Origin: an uncultured Rhodobacterales bacterium
Lineage (GTDB): Bacteria > Pseudomonadota > Alphaproteobacteria > Rhodospirillales > CAJXLG01
NCBI GenBank assembly: GCA_964535075.1
Contig: CAZHRQ010000004.1
Span: forward strand, 1-44,380
Reading direction: 5' to 3'
DNA length: 44,380 nt
The position numbers and the translations under genes were made by a program. Below are positions 1 through 7,873 of this stretch, in pieces (position 1 is the first letter of the stretch; every line of letters begins with the position of its first letter). Below the pieces are notes generated by a model. The model had not been told where the DNA came from, made no database searches, and saw nothing but the letters and a program-made list of their open reading frames with translations.

Positions 1-1
1 G

Positions 2-466
2 GGGCTGGTGGGTGGCAAGCGGGAAGGCAAGTCCAGGAACGGCCATCGCTTTGCGTTCCTGCAGGTCTCCGATGCGTCGGCGGGGTATGAGGTGACAATG
101 TTTTCGGAAACGCTGTCCACGGCGCGGCCGTTGCTGGAGGTGGGCACGCCGCTGCTGTTGACGGTGGACGTGCGGCTGGAGGAGGGCGACCAGATGCGGC
201 TGACGGCCCATCAGGTGCGGCATCTGGACGAAGCGGCGGCGGAGGCGGCGGCGGGGCTGCGTATTCACCTGCACCATGCGGCGCCGCTGCCGGCGCTGGT
301 GGCGGCGGTAACGCAACAGCAGCGGGGCCGGGCCACGTTGACGGTGGTGGCGCACTGTGCGGAACGGGAGGTGGAGATTGCCCTGGCGGAGCGCATCCGC
401 CTGTCCCCGCAGGTCCTCGCCACCCTCAAATCCATTCCCGGCGTGGGCGAGGTGCGGGAGGTGTAG
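2..466 (+). CDS. dnaE: DNA polymerase III alpha subunit, C-terminal part (partial, runs off window start)
   Basis: OB-fold/C-terminal motifs FAFLQVSDASAGYEVTMFSE and LKSIPGVGEVREV; TAG stop at 464-466. Confidence 0.9.
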   Translation, partial: GLVGGKREGKSRNGHRFAFLQVSDASAGYEVTMFSETLSTARPLLEVGTPLLLTVDVRLEEGDQMRLTAHQVRHLDEAAAEAAAGLRIHLHHAAPLPALVAAVTQQQRGRATLTVVAHCAEREVEIALAERIRLSPQVLATLKSIPGVGEVREV

Positions 467-493
467 AGCCTATCGCCGTCTATCTATTTGATT

Positions 494-557
494 TAGAGCG
501 GATTCACGCCCCCAATCTGGTTCACAACGTGAACCCGATTGGGTGCGACCCGCTCTA
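494..557. repeat. 64-nt palindromic REP/MITE-like element, copy 1
   Basis: TAGAGCGG...CCGCTCTA termini; inner stem CCCAATC-T-GGTTCAC aac GTGAACC-C-GATTGGG; lies between convergent genes. Confidence 0.8.
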
Positions 558-682
558 GGGTCAAGCCCATCCTGGGTTGATGGCCTTAAGTCCGCTGGGG
601 CGTTCGAGGTAATCTTTCTTGCCTATATCCCTTGGTCCCCTGTGACCGGCACGTTCAACGGCGGGTCCGGGGAGACTCCCTC

Positions 683-1843
683 TTACGGAATGGTAAAGGG
701 GTGGATTTCCATGTTTTCGGCCGGGGCCGCGGAGGGACCGGCGTCCAGCAGGCGGGCCTCGAACGGGCGATAGGCCCCCAGGTCGTCCAGAATCACCCCG
801 TCATAGCCCAGGTCCATCAGCCCCTTGAAGGTGTAGCCGATAATCTCCTTCCATTCCGGGTCCCAGTAGTCCACCAGGTACTCCCCGGCCCGTCCCTCGA
901 TGGGCGCACCCAGCCATTGCGGCGGGTCCTTCACCCATTCCTTTTTCCAGTAATAGGCGCCCTCCCGCGCCGTGGCCAGTTGCAGCCGCGCCAGCACCAG
1001 CCGCCGCGTGCCCAGCCGCTTCACCTTCAACTGCTTGATCTGGTTGAAGCTCAGGGGTTCATCGCCGCCGTGGAAGGGTTCCAGCAGCAGGGCGTCGTAG
1101 TTGGTGAGCGCCAGCGATGCCACCAGTTCCTGCCGGCTGCCAAACTGCCGCGTGTCGAACAGCGCCACATAGTTCTTCGCCTCCACCAGGGTTTCCACCC
1201 CGGCCGCGTTGGCCTGCCAGGGGCGCGGGGGATAGTTGGGCAGGGCGTTGAGGCGTGGGCCCTCCGTGGCCACATAGGGCAGAAAGCCACTGCGGGTGGC
1301 CCGTTGGTAAACCCGCTGCACCGTGCCCGCCCCGGCGCAATAATCCAGGCTCAGCAGCCGTTGCCAGTCTTGCCGAAACCGCATCAGCAGCGTCAGGCTG
1401 TCCGCCGTGCGTTCCTCACCGGGCAGCGGATTGCCGCAAAACAGCGCGTCGGCCACCACCCCATCCAGGTCGGCGATATAGCTGCTCATGGTCTCGCCCA
1501 CCTTGATGTCCTTGTCCAGGACCCGCTGTTCCTCGGTGGCGATGTCGTCCATGACCGTGTATTCCCGCTTCGTGCGGGTGAGCAGGCCATAACCGCCCCG
1601 GGCCAGGATGGCGAATTCCGGGTCCCGCCGCCGGGCGTAGAACACCAGGGTGTCCACGATGTCCCGCATGACCTGGCGATAGTTCAGCAGCGCCGGCTTG
1701 CGGTCCAGTTGCCCCAGGTTCATGGAATACTGATCGGCAGGCGCCGGGTTGGCGGCATCGGGGGCTTGTTGCGCAACGGCCGCCGCCGCCGCCATCACCA
1801 TCATCAGGGCGCCCAGGCCCGTCCGCCATGCCGTGTGCCTCAT
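683..1843 (-). CDS. Secreted endo-alpha-1,4-polygalactosaminidase-like protein (GH114/TM1410 family), circularly permuted
   Basis: Signal peptide; motifs YLVDYWDPEWKEII, GYDGVILD, MRDIV...YARRRDPEFAIL, LLSLDYC. Confidence 0.75.
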   Translation of the reverse strand: MRHTAWRTGLGALMMVMAAAAAVAQQAPDAANPAPADQYSMNLGQLDRKPALLNYRQVMRDIVDTLVFYARRRDPEFAILARGGYGLLTRTKREYTVMDDIATEEQRVLDKDIKVGETMSSYIADLDGVVADALFCGNPLPGEERTADSLTLLMRFRQDWQRLLSLDYCAGAGTVQRVYQRATRSGFLPYVATEGPRLNALPNYPPRPWQANAAGVETLVEAKNYVALFDTRQFGSRQELVASLALTNYDALLLEPFHGGDEPLSFNQIKQLKVKRLGTRRLVLARLQLATAREGAYYWKKEWVKDPPQWLGAPIEGRAGEYLVDYWDPEWKEIIGYTFKGLMDLGYDGVILDDLGAYRPFEARLLDAGPSAAPAENMEIHPFTIP

Positions 1844-1904
1844 GAGGGGTCCTCTCCACCGCTCGCCGGGACCGGGCGATCATACCCCGCCCGCCCGGGG
1901 ATTC

Positions 1905-3041
1905 TCAATCACACAGGCGCACCAGCAGCGTATCCAGCAGGCGGATGCCGTTTTCCGTGGCCAGCAGCCGGCCGCTGGCGGTGCGCGTCACCAAACCCGC
2001 CGCCGCCAGCCGGTTGACCTCCCCCGGGTCCAGGTCGGCGGCCACGTCGGCGTCCAGGCCCTCGTTCAGGCGCAGGCCCATGAGAATGCGTTCCACCCGC
2101 CGCTCCGCCGCCGTGAGGGGGGTGAGGCTTTCCAGCCCCTCGCCCCGCCATTCCACCGCCGTCATCCAGCGTTCGGGATGGGCCAGCCGCTCGGTGGCCA
2201 GCACCGTGCCCTCCGGCCCCAGCACCCGGCCGTGCGCCCCCGGCCCGATGCCCACATACGACTGGCCCCGCCAGATGCCCAGATTGTGGCGGCACGCCTC
2301 CCCCGGCCGGGCATGGTTGCTCACCTCATAGGCGGGAAACCCCTGCTCCGCCAGATACGCCCGCGTCAGCCAGAACAGGTCCGAGGCCGGCGCATCCTCC
2401 AGCGGCCGCACATGGCTGGCGTGAAAGGCCGTCCCGGGTTCGATCGTCAGTTGATAGACGGAAACATGCCCCACCCCGTGGTCCATGACCACATCAATTT
2501 CCCCCAGCCACGACAGGGGGTCCTGGCCCGGCCGGGCATAGATGAGGTCGGCCGATACCCGGGGGAACAGGCGGGCGGCCAGGGACAGGGCCTCCCGCGC
2601 CTCCGCCACCGTGTGCTGACGGCCGAGAAAGCGCAGCGCCGCCGGGTCCACCGCCTGCACCCCCAGCGACAGCCGGTTCACGCCCACATCGGCCAGGGCC
2701 TGGAAGCGGTCGCGGTCCACCGAATTGGGATTGGCTTCCACGGTGATTTCCAGGGCGTCCTCGGCCGGCCACACCCGTCGCGCCGTCTCGATCACCGCCG
2801 CCACCGTCTCCGGCGCCATCAGCGTGGGCGTGCCGCCGCCAAAAAAGATGGAGGCCAGACGCCCGTGCGGGAAATCCGCCGCCGAGGTCTCCAGCTCGTT
2901 GATCAGCGCCATGCGCATGCGCTGTTGCGGAATCACCGGGATCACCCGGCTGTTGAAATCACAATAGGGGCACTTGTGCTGGCAATAGGGCCAGTGCACG
3001 TACAGATGAATCGGCGGCAGGGAGGTCACGGCAACAGCCAT
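1905..3041 (-). CDS. hemW: Radical SAM heme chaperone HemW (HemN-like)
   Basis: LYVHWPYCQHKCPYCDFN (CxxxCxxC), IFFGGGTP, EITVEANP, YEVSNHA, GIGPGAHGR. Confidence 0.9.
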   Translation of the reverse strand: MAVAVTSLPPIHLYVHWPYCQHKCPYCDFNSRVIPVIPQQRMRMALINELETSAADFPHGRLASIFFGGGTPTLMAPETVAAVIETARRVWPAEDALEITVEANPNSVDRDRFQALADVGVNRLSLGVQAVDPAALRFLGRQHTVAEAREALSLAARLFPRVSADLIYARPGQDPLSWLGEIDVVMDHGVGHVSVYQLTIEPGTAFHASHVRPLEDAPASDLFWLTRAYLAEQGFPAYEVSNHARPGEACRHNLGIWRGQSYVGIGPGAHGRVLGPEGTVLATERLAHPERWMTAVEWRGEGLESLTPLTAAERRVERILMGLRLNEGLDADVAADLDPGEVNRLAAAGLVTRTASGRLLATENGIRLLDTLLVRLCD

Positions 3042-3062
3042 CCTTGAACAGGGTCTCTCAAA

Positions 3063-3671
3063 TCAGCCATCGCCCCAGAGTTGGCGGTTGAGGCGGATGG
3101 CCTTCTGCTGCGCCCGGCGCACCCGCGCCCGATAGGCCGCCCCCCGGCTGGGCGTGCCCGAATGATAACGGGCAATCGCCTCGTCCCACGAGCCATAGCG
3201 CCGGTGCAGCTTCAGCAGGAACAGCGCCGCATAGCGCACGTTGGCCCCGGGATCAAAGGCCAGGGCCAGATTGGGAAAGGCGTCTCGGTGATAGTGATAG
3301 TTGATCTGCATGCACCCCATATCCACATTGGTGGTGCCGCTGGCGAGGATGGCCTTGGCCTTGCGGATGGCCTCGCCCTTGGAGTCGTACCAATAGCCGC
3401 CGGTGCGGGTGCCCACCGCCCACGGCCAGGGATAGCGCCGTCCCTTGGAATGGCGGCCCGTTTCCACCAGGGCGATGCCCTGCAACACGCCCTGGGGAAT
3501 CTTGCGCTTGATCTCCTCCTGACGCGCGGTTTTCAGGCACAGGAATTCCAGGGAAATGGCCTGGGCCGGCGGGCTTGCCGCCAGCAGGATCAGGGTCGCG
3601 AGCAGCCAGCGCCCCATGGGCCGGGCCCTCCTTCCGGACAGAGGCATGAACGGGGAATGAGGCCGCACCAT
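3063..3671 (-). CDS. Lytic transglycosylase (GH23/SLT), SltF-like; true start may be at a downstream Met
   Basis: Signal peptide; IALVET (catalytic Glu), PWPW, DMGCMQIN, FDP..NVRYAA, AIARYHS. Confidence 0.85.
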   Translation of the reverse strand: MVRPHSPFMPLSGRRARPMGRWLLATLILLAASPPAQAISLEFLCLKTARQEEIKRKIPQGVLQGIALVETGRHSKGRRYPWPWAVGTRTGGYWYDSKGEAIRKAKAILASGTTNVDMGCMQINYHYHRDAFPNLALAFDPGANVRYAALFLLKLHRRYGSWDEAIARYHSGTPSRGAAYRARVRRAQQKAIRLNRQLWGDG

Positions 3672-3714
3672 AGCGTATCGGTGCCGGTTTGGCCCTCACT
3701 TTATGAGATCCGCT

Positions 3715-4359
3715 TTAGGAGTCCCCGCCGGCCAGCAGTCGGTCCAGGGCGAAGACCCGATCCGCCAGGCGCGCCGCCTGGCCCCGGTCGTGGGTGACCA
3801 TCAGGATCACCGCTCCGCCGTCTCGCTGTTCCCGCAGCAGGTCCTCCACCGCCTCGGTGGCTTCGGGGTCCAGGGCACTGGTGGGCTCGTCCAGCAGCAA
3901 CGCCCCCGGGTCGGCCAGCAGCAGCCGGATCAGGCCCAGCCGTTGCGCCTCGCCGGTGGACAGGCCGCCCACGGCTCGCGCCAGCAGATCCGGGTCCAGC
4001 CGCAACCGCCGGGCCAGGGCCGTGGCCGCCGCCGGGTCGGTCATGTGTGCCCCGGCCGTTTCCGCCCACCAGCCAATGTGGGCCGGCAGATAGGCCACCC
4101 GGCGGCGCCACTGGGGGGCACTGTGCGCTTCCCGAGGGATGCCGGCCAGCCACACCCGGCCCGCGTGGGGGTCCAGGTCCACCAAGGCCCGCAGCAGCAG
4201 GCTTTTGCCGCTGCCGGAAGGGCCGGTGAGGGCGACGATTTCACCGCCGCCCACGTCCAGGTCCACCGGGCCGCCGGCCCGGGTTACGAGGCCCCGGGCG
4301 GTGAGCCCCCGTTCCAGGGGATAGCCGTCGGCCAGCGGGGCAAAGGGGGTCTCGGACAC
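3715..4359 (-). CDS. ABC transporter ATP-binding protein (FetA/YbbL-like), no adjacent permease
   Basis: Walker A GPSGSGKS, signature LSTGE, Walker B LLLDEPTSALD, switch VTHD. Confidence 0.85.
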   Translation of the reverse strand: MSETPFAPLADGYPLERGLTARGLVTRAGGPVDLDVGGGEIVALTGPSGSGKSLLLRALVDLDPHAGRVWLAGIPREAHSAPQWRRRVAYLPAHIGWWAETAGAHMTDPAAATALARRLRLDPDLLARAVGGLSTGEAQRLGLIRLLLADPGALLLDEPTSALDPEATEAVEDLLREQRDGGAVILMVTHDRGQAARLADRVFALDRLLAGGDS

Positions 4360-4625
4360 GAAGGGCCCTCCAGCGGGTTATGGCGTGGGGGCCAGGGCAT
4401 CTCGGGCCGCCGCGCGGCGGTGGGCGCCGATGAGGTCGCCGCTGCGGCCACAGGCATCCATGGCGGCACGGTAGCTGACCGCGCCGCCGCCCGCCGGTTC
4501 CCCAGCCGTCGGTGGCAGTGGCCCAGGGTCTGGTGGGGGCGGCCGGCGTGGCGGGCATGGCCGGTCTCCTGAGACGGCGGTCGAAGTCTGTTCGTGCCTG
4601 TCCGCAAGCGACCCGTTCCGGCGAT

Positions 4626-4660
4626 GACGATTCCTTGAGAGGAATCGTTTATTTTTTTTC
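4626..4660 (+). terminator. Intrinsic terminator-like hairpin with T tract upstream of rnd
   Basis: ACGATTCCT-tgag-AGGAATCGT followed by ttattttttttc. Confidence 0.55.
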
Positions 4661-4736
4661 AGCATACGCCCTTCGCGTCCCCGGTGCCAGTGCGGCACAC
4701 GGTTGCCCCGAAAGCCGCGGCATTGTAAGAAGACCC

Positions 4737-5912
4737 ATGACCCTGATTTGCGACAATGAAACCCTGATCGCCGCCTGCGCCCGCCTGCGCGAGGCGGAGT
4801 ATGTCACCCTGGACACCGAGTTCCTGAGGGACAAAACCTATTGGCCCCAGCTATGTCTGATCCAGGTGGCGGGCCCCGACGAGGCCCACGCCATTGATCC
4901 GTTGGCGCCCGACCTGGACCTGAGCCCCTTTTTCGCGCTGCTGGCCGATTCCACGGTGCTGAAGGTGTTTCACGCGGCCCGCCAGGACGTGGAAATCTTC
5001 CACCGCCTCACCGGCCGGGTGCCGGAACCGCTGTTCGATACCCAGGTGGCCGCCATGGTGTGTGGCTTTGGCGAGTCCGTGGGGTACGAGGCCCTGGCCA
5101 GCCGGCTGGCCCGCGCCCGCGTGGACAAGTCCATGCGCTTCACCGACTGGTCCCAACGCCCCCTGTCGGACCGCCAGCTCGACTATGCCCTGGCCGATGT
5201 GATTCCCCTGCGCACCGTCTATGAAAAACTGCGCCGACGGCTGGAGGAACGGAACCGAGCCTCCTGGATCGACGAGGAAATGCAGCGCCTCACCAGTCCC
5301 GATACCTACGACCTGGACCCGCGGCAGGCGTGGCGACGGCTGAAGGTGCGCTCGTCCAAGCCCCGCTTCCTGGCGGTCTTGCAGGAGCTGGCCGCGTGGC
5401 GAGAGCTGGCGGCCCAAAGCCGCGACCTGCCCCGCAACCGCGTGCTGCGCGACGAGGCCCTGCTGGAACTGGCCGCCCACACCCCGCGGGGCGTGGCGGA
5501 CCTGGCGCGGGCCCGGGGGGTGACCAAGGGCGTGGCCGAGGGACCCATGGGCCGGGAGATCCTGGCTGCCATCGAGACGGGCCGGGCGGTGCCGGAAGCC
5601 GAGGCCCCCGTGCCCCGGGAACGGCTGGAACTGCCCCGGGGAGCCGCCGCCTTGGTGGACCTGCTGAAGGTGCTGCTGAAGGCCTGTTGTGATCAGGAAG
5701 AGGTGGCGCAGAAGCTGGTGGCCAGCACCCAGGACCTGGAGGCCCTGGCCGTGGACGATCACGCCCCGGTGCCCGCCCTGGAAGGTTGGCGTTGGGAGGT
5801 GTTCGGCCAGCAGGCCCTGCGCCTCAAGCACGGGGAAATGGCCCTGGCGGTGCGGCAGGACCGGGTGACTCTGGTGCCCGTGCCCGCCACGCCCCCCGCG
5901 GCCAACGCCTGA
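4737..5912 (+). CDS. rnd: Ribonuclease D
   Basis: LDTEF (ExoI), KVFHAARQD, FDTQVAA, TDWSQRPLS..QLDYALADV, HRDC region; ATG at 4737. Confidence 0.95.
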   Translation: MTLICDNETLIAACARLREAEYVTLDTEFLRDKTYWPQLCLIQVAGPDEAHAIDPLAPDLDLSPFFALLADSTVLKVFHAARQDVEIFHRLTGRVPEPLFDTQVAAMVCGFGESVGYEALASRLARARVDKSMRFTDWSQRPLSDRQLDYALADVIPLRTVYEKLRRRLEERNRASWIDEEMQRLTSPDTYDLDPRQAWRRLKVRSSKPRFLAVLQELAAWRELAAQSRDLPRNRVLRDEALLELAAHTPRGVADLARARGVTKGVAEGPMGREILAAIETGRAVPEAEAPVPRERLELPRGAAALVDLLKVLLKACCDQEEVAQKLVASTQDLEALAVDDHAPVPALEGWRWEVFGQQALRLKHGEMALAVRQDRVTLVPVPATPPAANA

Positions 5913-5935
5913 GCCCGCGCCGAAAGAGGCCCGCC

Positions 5936-6559
5936 ATGGCTGCCTGTTCCGCCGATTTCTGGGACGCCCGCTATCAGACCGACCAGTATGTCTATGGCCG
6001 TCACGCCAACACCTTCCTCACCACCCAGCGCCACCGGCTGGACGCGGGCTGGCGGGCGCTGGCGGTGGGCGATGGCGAAGGCCGCAACGGCGTGTGGCTG
6101 GCGCGCCAGGGGTTGCGGGTCACCAGCGTGGATGTCTCCCCCGTGGCGGTGCAAAAAGCCCTGAAGCTGGCCCTGGACCGGGCAGTGACCTTGCAGGCGG
6201 TGTGCGCCGACGTCACCACCTGGGACTGGCCCCGGGACGTGTACGACGTGGCCGTATCGGTCTTCCTGCATCTGCCGCCGGACCAGCGGCCGGCGGTGCA
6301 TGCCGGGCTGGTGCGGGCGGTGCGGCCGGGCGGGCTGGTGCTGCTGGAGGCGTTCACCCCCCGGCAACGGGACTACCCCAGCGGTGGCCCGCCCGATGCG
6401 GCCCTGCTTTATGACACCGAAACCCTGCGCGCGGATTTCGCCGGGGCGGAGATTCTTGAGTTGACCGAACAGGAGACCACCCTGGATGAGGGGCCCGGCC
6501 ATCGGGGCGCGGGCCATACCGTCCGGCTGGTGGCGCGGAGGCCCGATGAACGAAGATGA
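5936..6559 (+). CDS. Class I SAM-dependent methyltransferase (TehB-like)
   Basis: FWDARY, motif I ALAVGDGEGRN, VRPGGLVLLEAF, SGGP. Confidence 0.85.
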   Translation: MAACSADFWDARYQTDQYVYGRHANTFLTTQRHRLDAGWRALAVGDGEGRNGVWLARQGLRVTSVDVSPVAVQKALKLALDRAVTLQAVCADVTTWDWPRDVYDVAVSVFLHLPPDQRPAVHAGLVRAVRPGGLVLLEAFTPRQRDYPSGGPPDAALLYDTETLRADFAGAEILELTEQETTLDEGPGHRGAGHTVRLVARRPDERR

Positions 6560-7601
6560 ACGCTCGGCGGCGCCGGTGGAGGCGCTGTTCACCGCCGCCG
6601 ACCTGGGACTGCCCAAGGAAGTGGCGCCGGCCCTGGCGGCCGGGGCCACGGTTCATGCCCGCGATACGGCTGGGCTCACCGCCCTGATGGTGGCGGCGGG
6701 GCGCGGCCATGCGGGGGTGGTGTCGGCGTTGCTGTCCGCCGGGGCCGATCCCGCCGCCGTGGCGCGGGGGCCTGGCGCCACGGCACTGCACATGGCGGCC
6801 CAGGGCGGCCATGCCGGGATAATGCGCCTGTTACTGGAAGCCGGCGCCTCCCCCAATCAGCAGGCGCCGGGCAACGGCATGACGCCGCTGATGAGTGCCG
6901 TGTGGCACCGGCATCCGCCCGTGGTGTCCCTGTTGCTGCAATGGCCGGGCACCAATCCCAATCTGCGCAGTGCCTTCGGCCTGACCGCCCGCGACCTGCT
7001 GGATGCCGCCAGTGTGCGCGGCCCCCGGGGCAGGGAGACAGCGCCGCCGGAGGCCACCGACGCGGTGACCCAAGCCATGGCCCTGGCCTTTGCCGGGCGG
7101 GCACAGGAAACCGGGCCCGGCGGGGCGCTGTTCGCGGCGGTGACGGCGGGCGATCTGGCCACGGCGGAGCGGCTGCTGGCGGAGGGCGCGGCGGCGGACT
7201 GGCGGTCGCCGGCCAGCGGATCCTTTGAGGACGGGCACACGCCGCTGCTGGTGGCGGCCCGGGACGGGCACGAAGCGCTGGTGGACCGGCTGCTGGCGGC
7301 GGGGGCCGATCTGGCGGCCACCGATACCTTGATGCAGGCCACCGCCGTGCACAAGGCCGCCTACAACGGTCATGCCGGGGTGCTGGAGCGGCTGGCCGCC
7401 CATCGGGATTTTGCCCGGGTGCGGGACCAGCAGGGTCCCTTCAACGGGTACACGGCCCTGCACGATGCCGTGTGGCAGAACCACCGGGAAGCGGCGCGGG
7501 TGTTGCTGGCCCACGGCGCCCGGCCCACGCTCCGGGGGTACGATGGCCTGACGCCGGCGGACCTGGCCGCCTGGCACGGCTGGGATGGCCTGCCGGGGTA
7601 G
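6546..7601 (+). CDS. Ankyrin-repeat protein
   Basis: Multiple G.TAL/TPL..AA..GH repeats (GLTALMVAA, GATALHMAA, GMTPLMSAV, GHTPLLVAA, GYTALHDAV); overlaps the MTase stop. Confidence 0.9.
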   Translation: MNEDERSAAPVEALFTAADLGLPKEVAPALAAGATVHARDTAGLTALMVAAGRGHAGVVSALLSAGADPAAVARGPGATALHMAAQGGHAGIMRLLLEAGASPNQQAPGNGMTPLMSAVWHRHPPVVSLLLQWPGTNPNLRSAFGLTARDLLDAASVRGPRGRETAPPEATDAVTQAMALAFAGRAQETGPGGALFAAVTAGDLATAERLLAEGAAADWRSPASGSFEDGHTPLLVAARDGHEALVDRLLAAGADLAATDTLMQATAVHKAAYNGHAGVLERLAAHRDFARVRDQQGPFNGYTALHDAVWQNHREAARVLLAHGARPTLRGYDGLTPADLAAWHGWDGLPG

Positions 7602-7647
7602 GGAAGATTACGTCTCCCCCACCTGGGTGAGCAGGGCATCGCCCGCC

Positions 7648-7711
7648 GAGAGCCCATCGCGGTCAATGGGACCCCATTCTCGGGTCCCATTGACCGCGTG
7701 ACTCCGCTCTA
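7648..7711. repeat. 64-nt palindromic REP/MITE-like element, copy 2
   Basis: Perfect 17-bp inverted repeat CGCGGTCAATGGGACCC (7658-7674) / GGGTCCCATTGACCGCG (7682-7698); ends CCGCTCTA. Confidence 0.85.
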
Positions 7712-7806
7712 TGGAAATAAATTGCGACGGTTCAACTCTTTGAGGATGTTGTTTTGTGATTATTTATCCTTTCAGGCCACGTCTGAGATTGAATCGGGGC
7801 CCGTAG

Positions 7807-7840
7807 AAAAACGGCATGCGCTCCGGGGAACGCATGCCGT
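7807..7840 (-). terminator. Intrinsic terminator of the MFS gene
   Basis: Minus strand ACGGCATGCG-loop-CGCATGCCGT followed by a T tract, about 35 nt after the stop. Confidence 0.7.
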
Positions 7841-7873
7841 GCTCGGGGGGGGCCGGGATCAGACGCCCCGGGA

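Noticed and set aside
3672-3690. Sigma54-like CGGCACCGATACGCT upstream of the transglycosylase
   Set aside because: GG-GC spacing is 9, not 10
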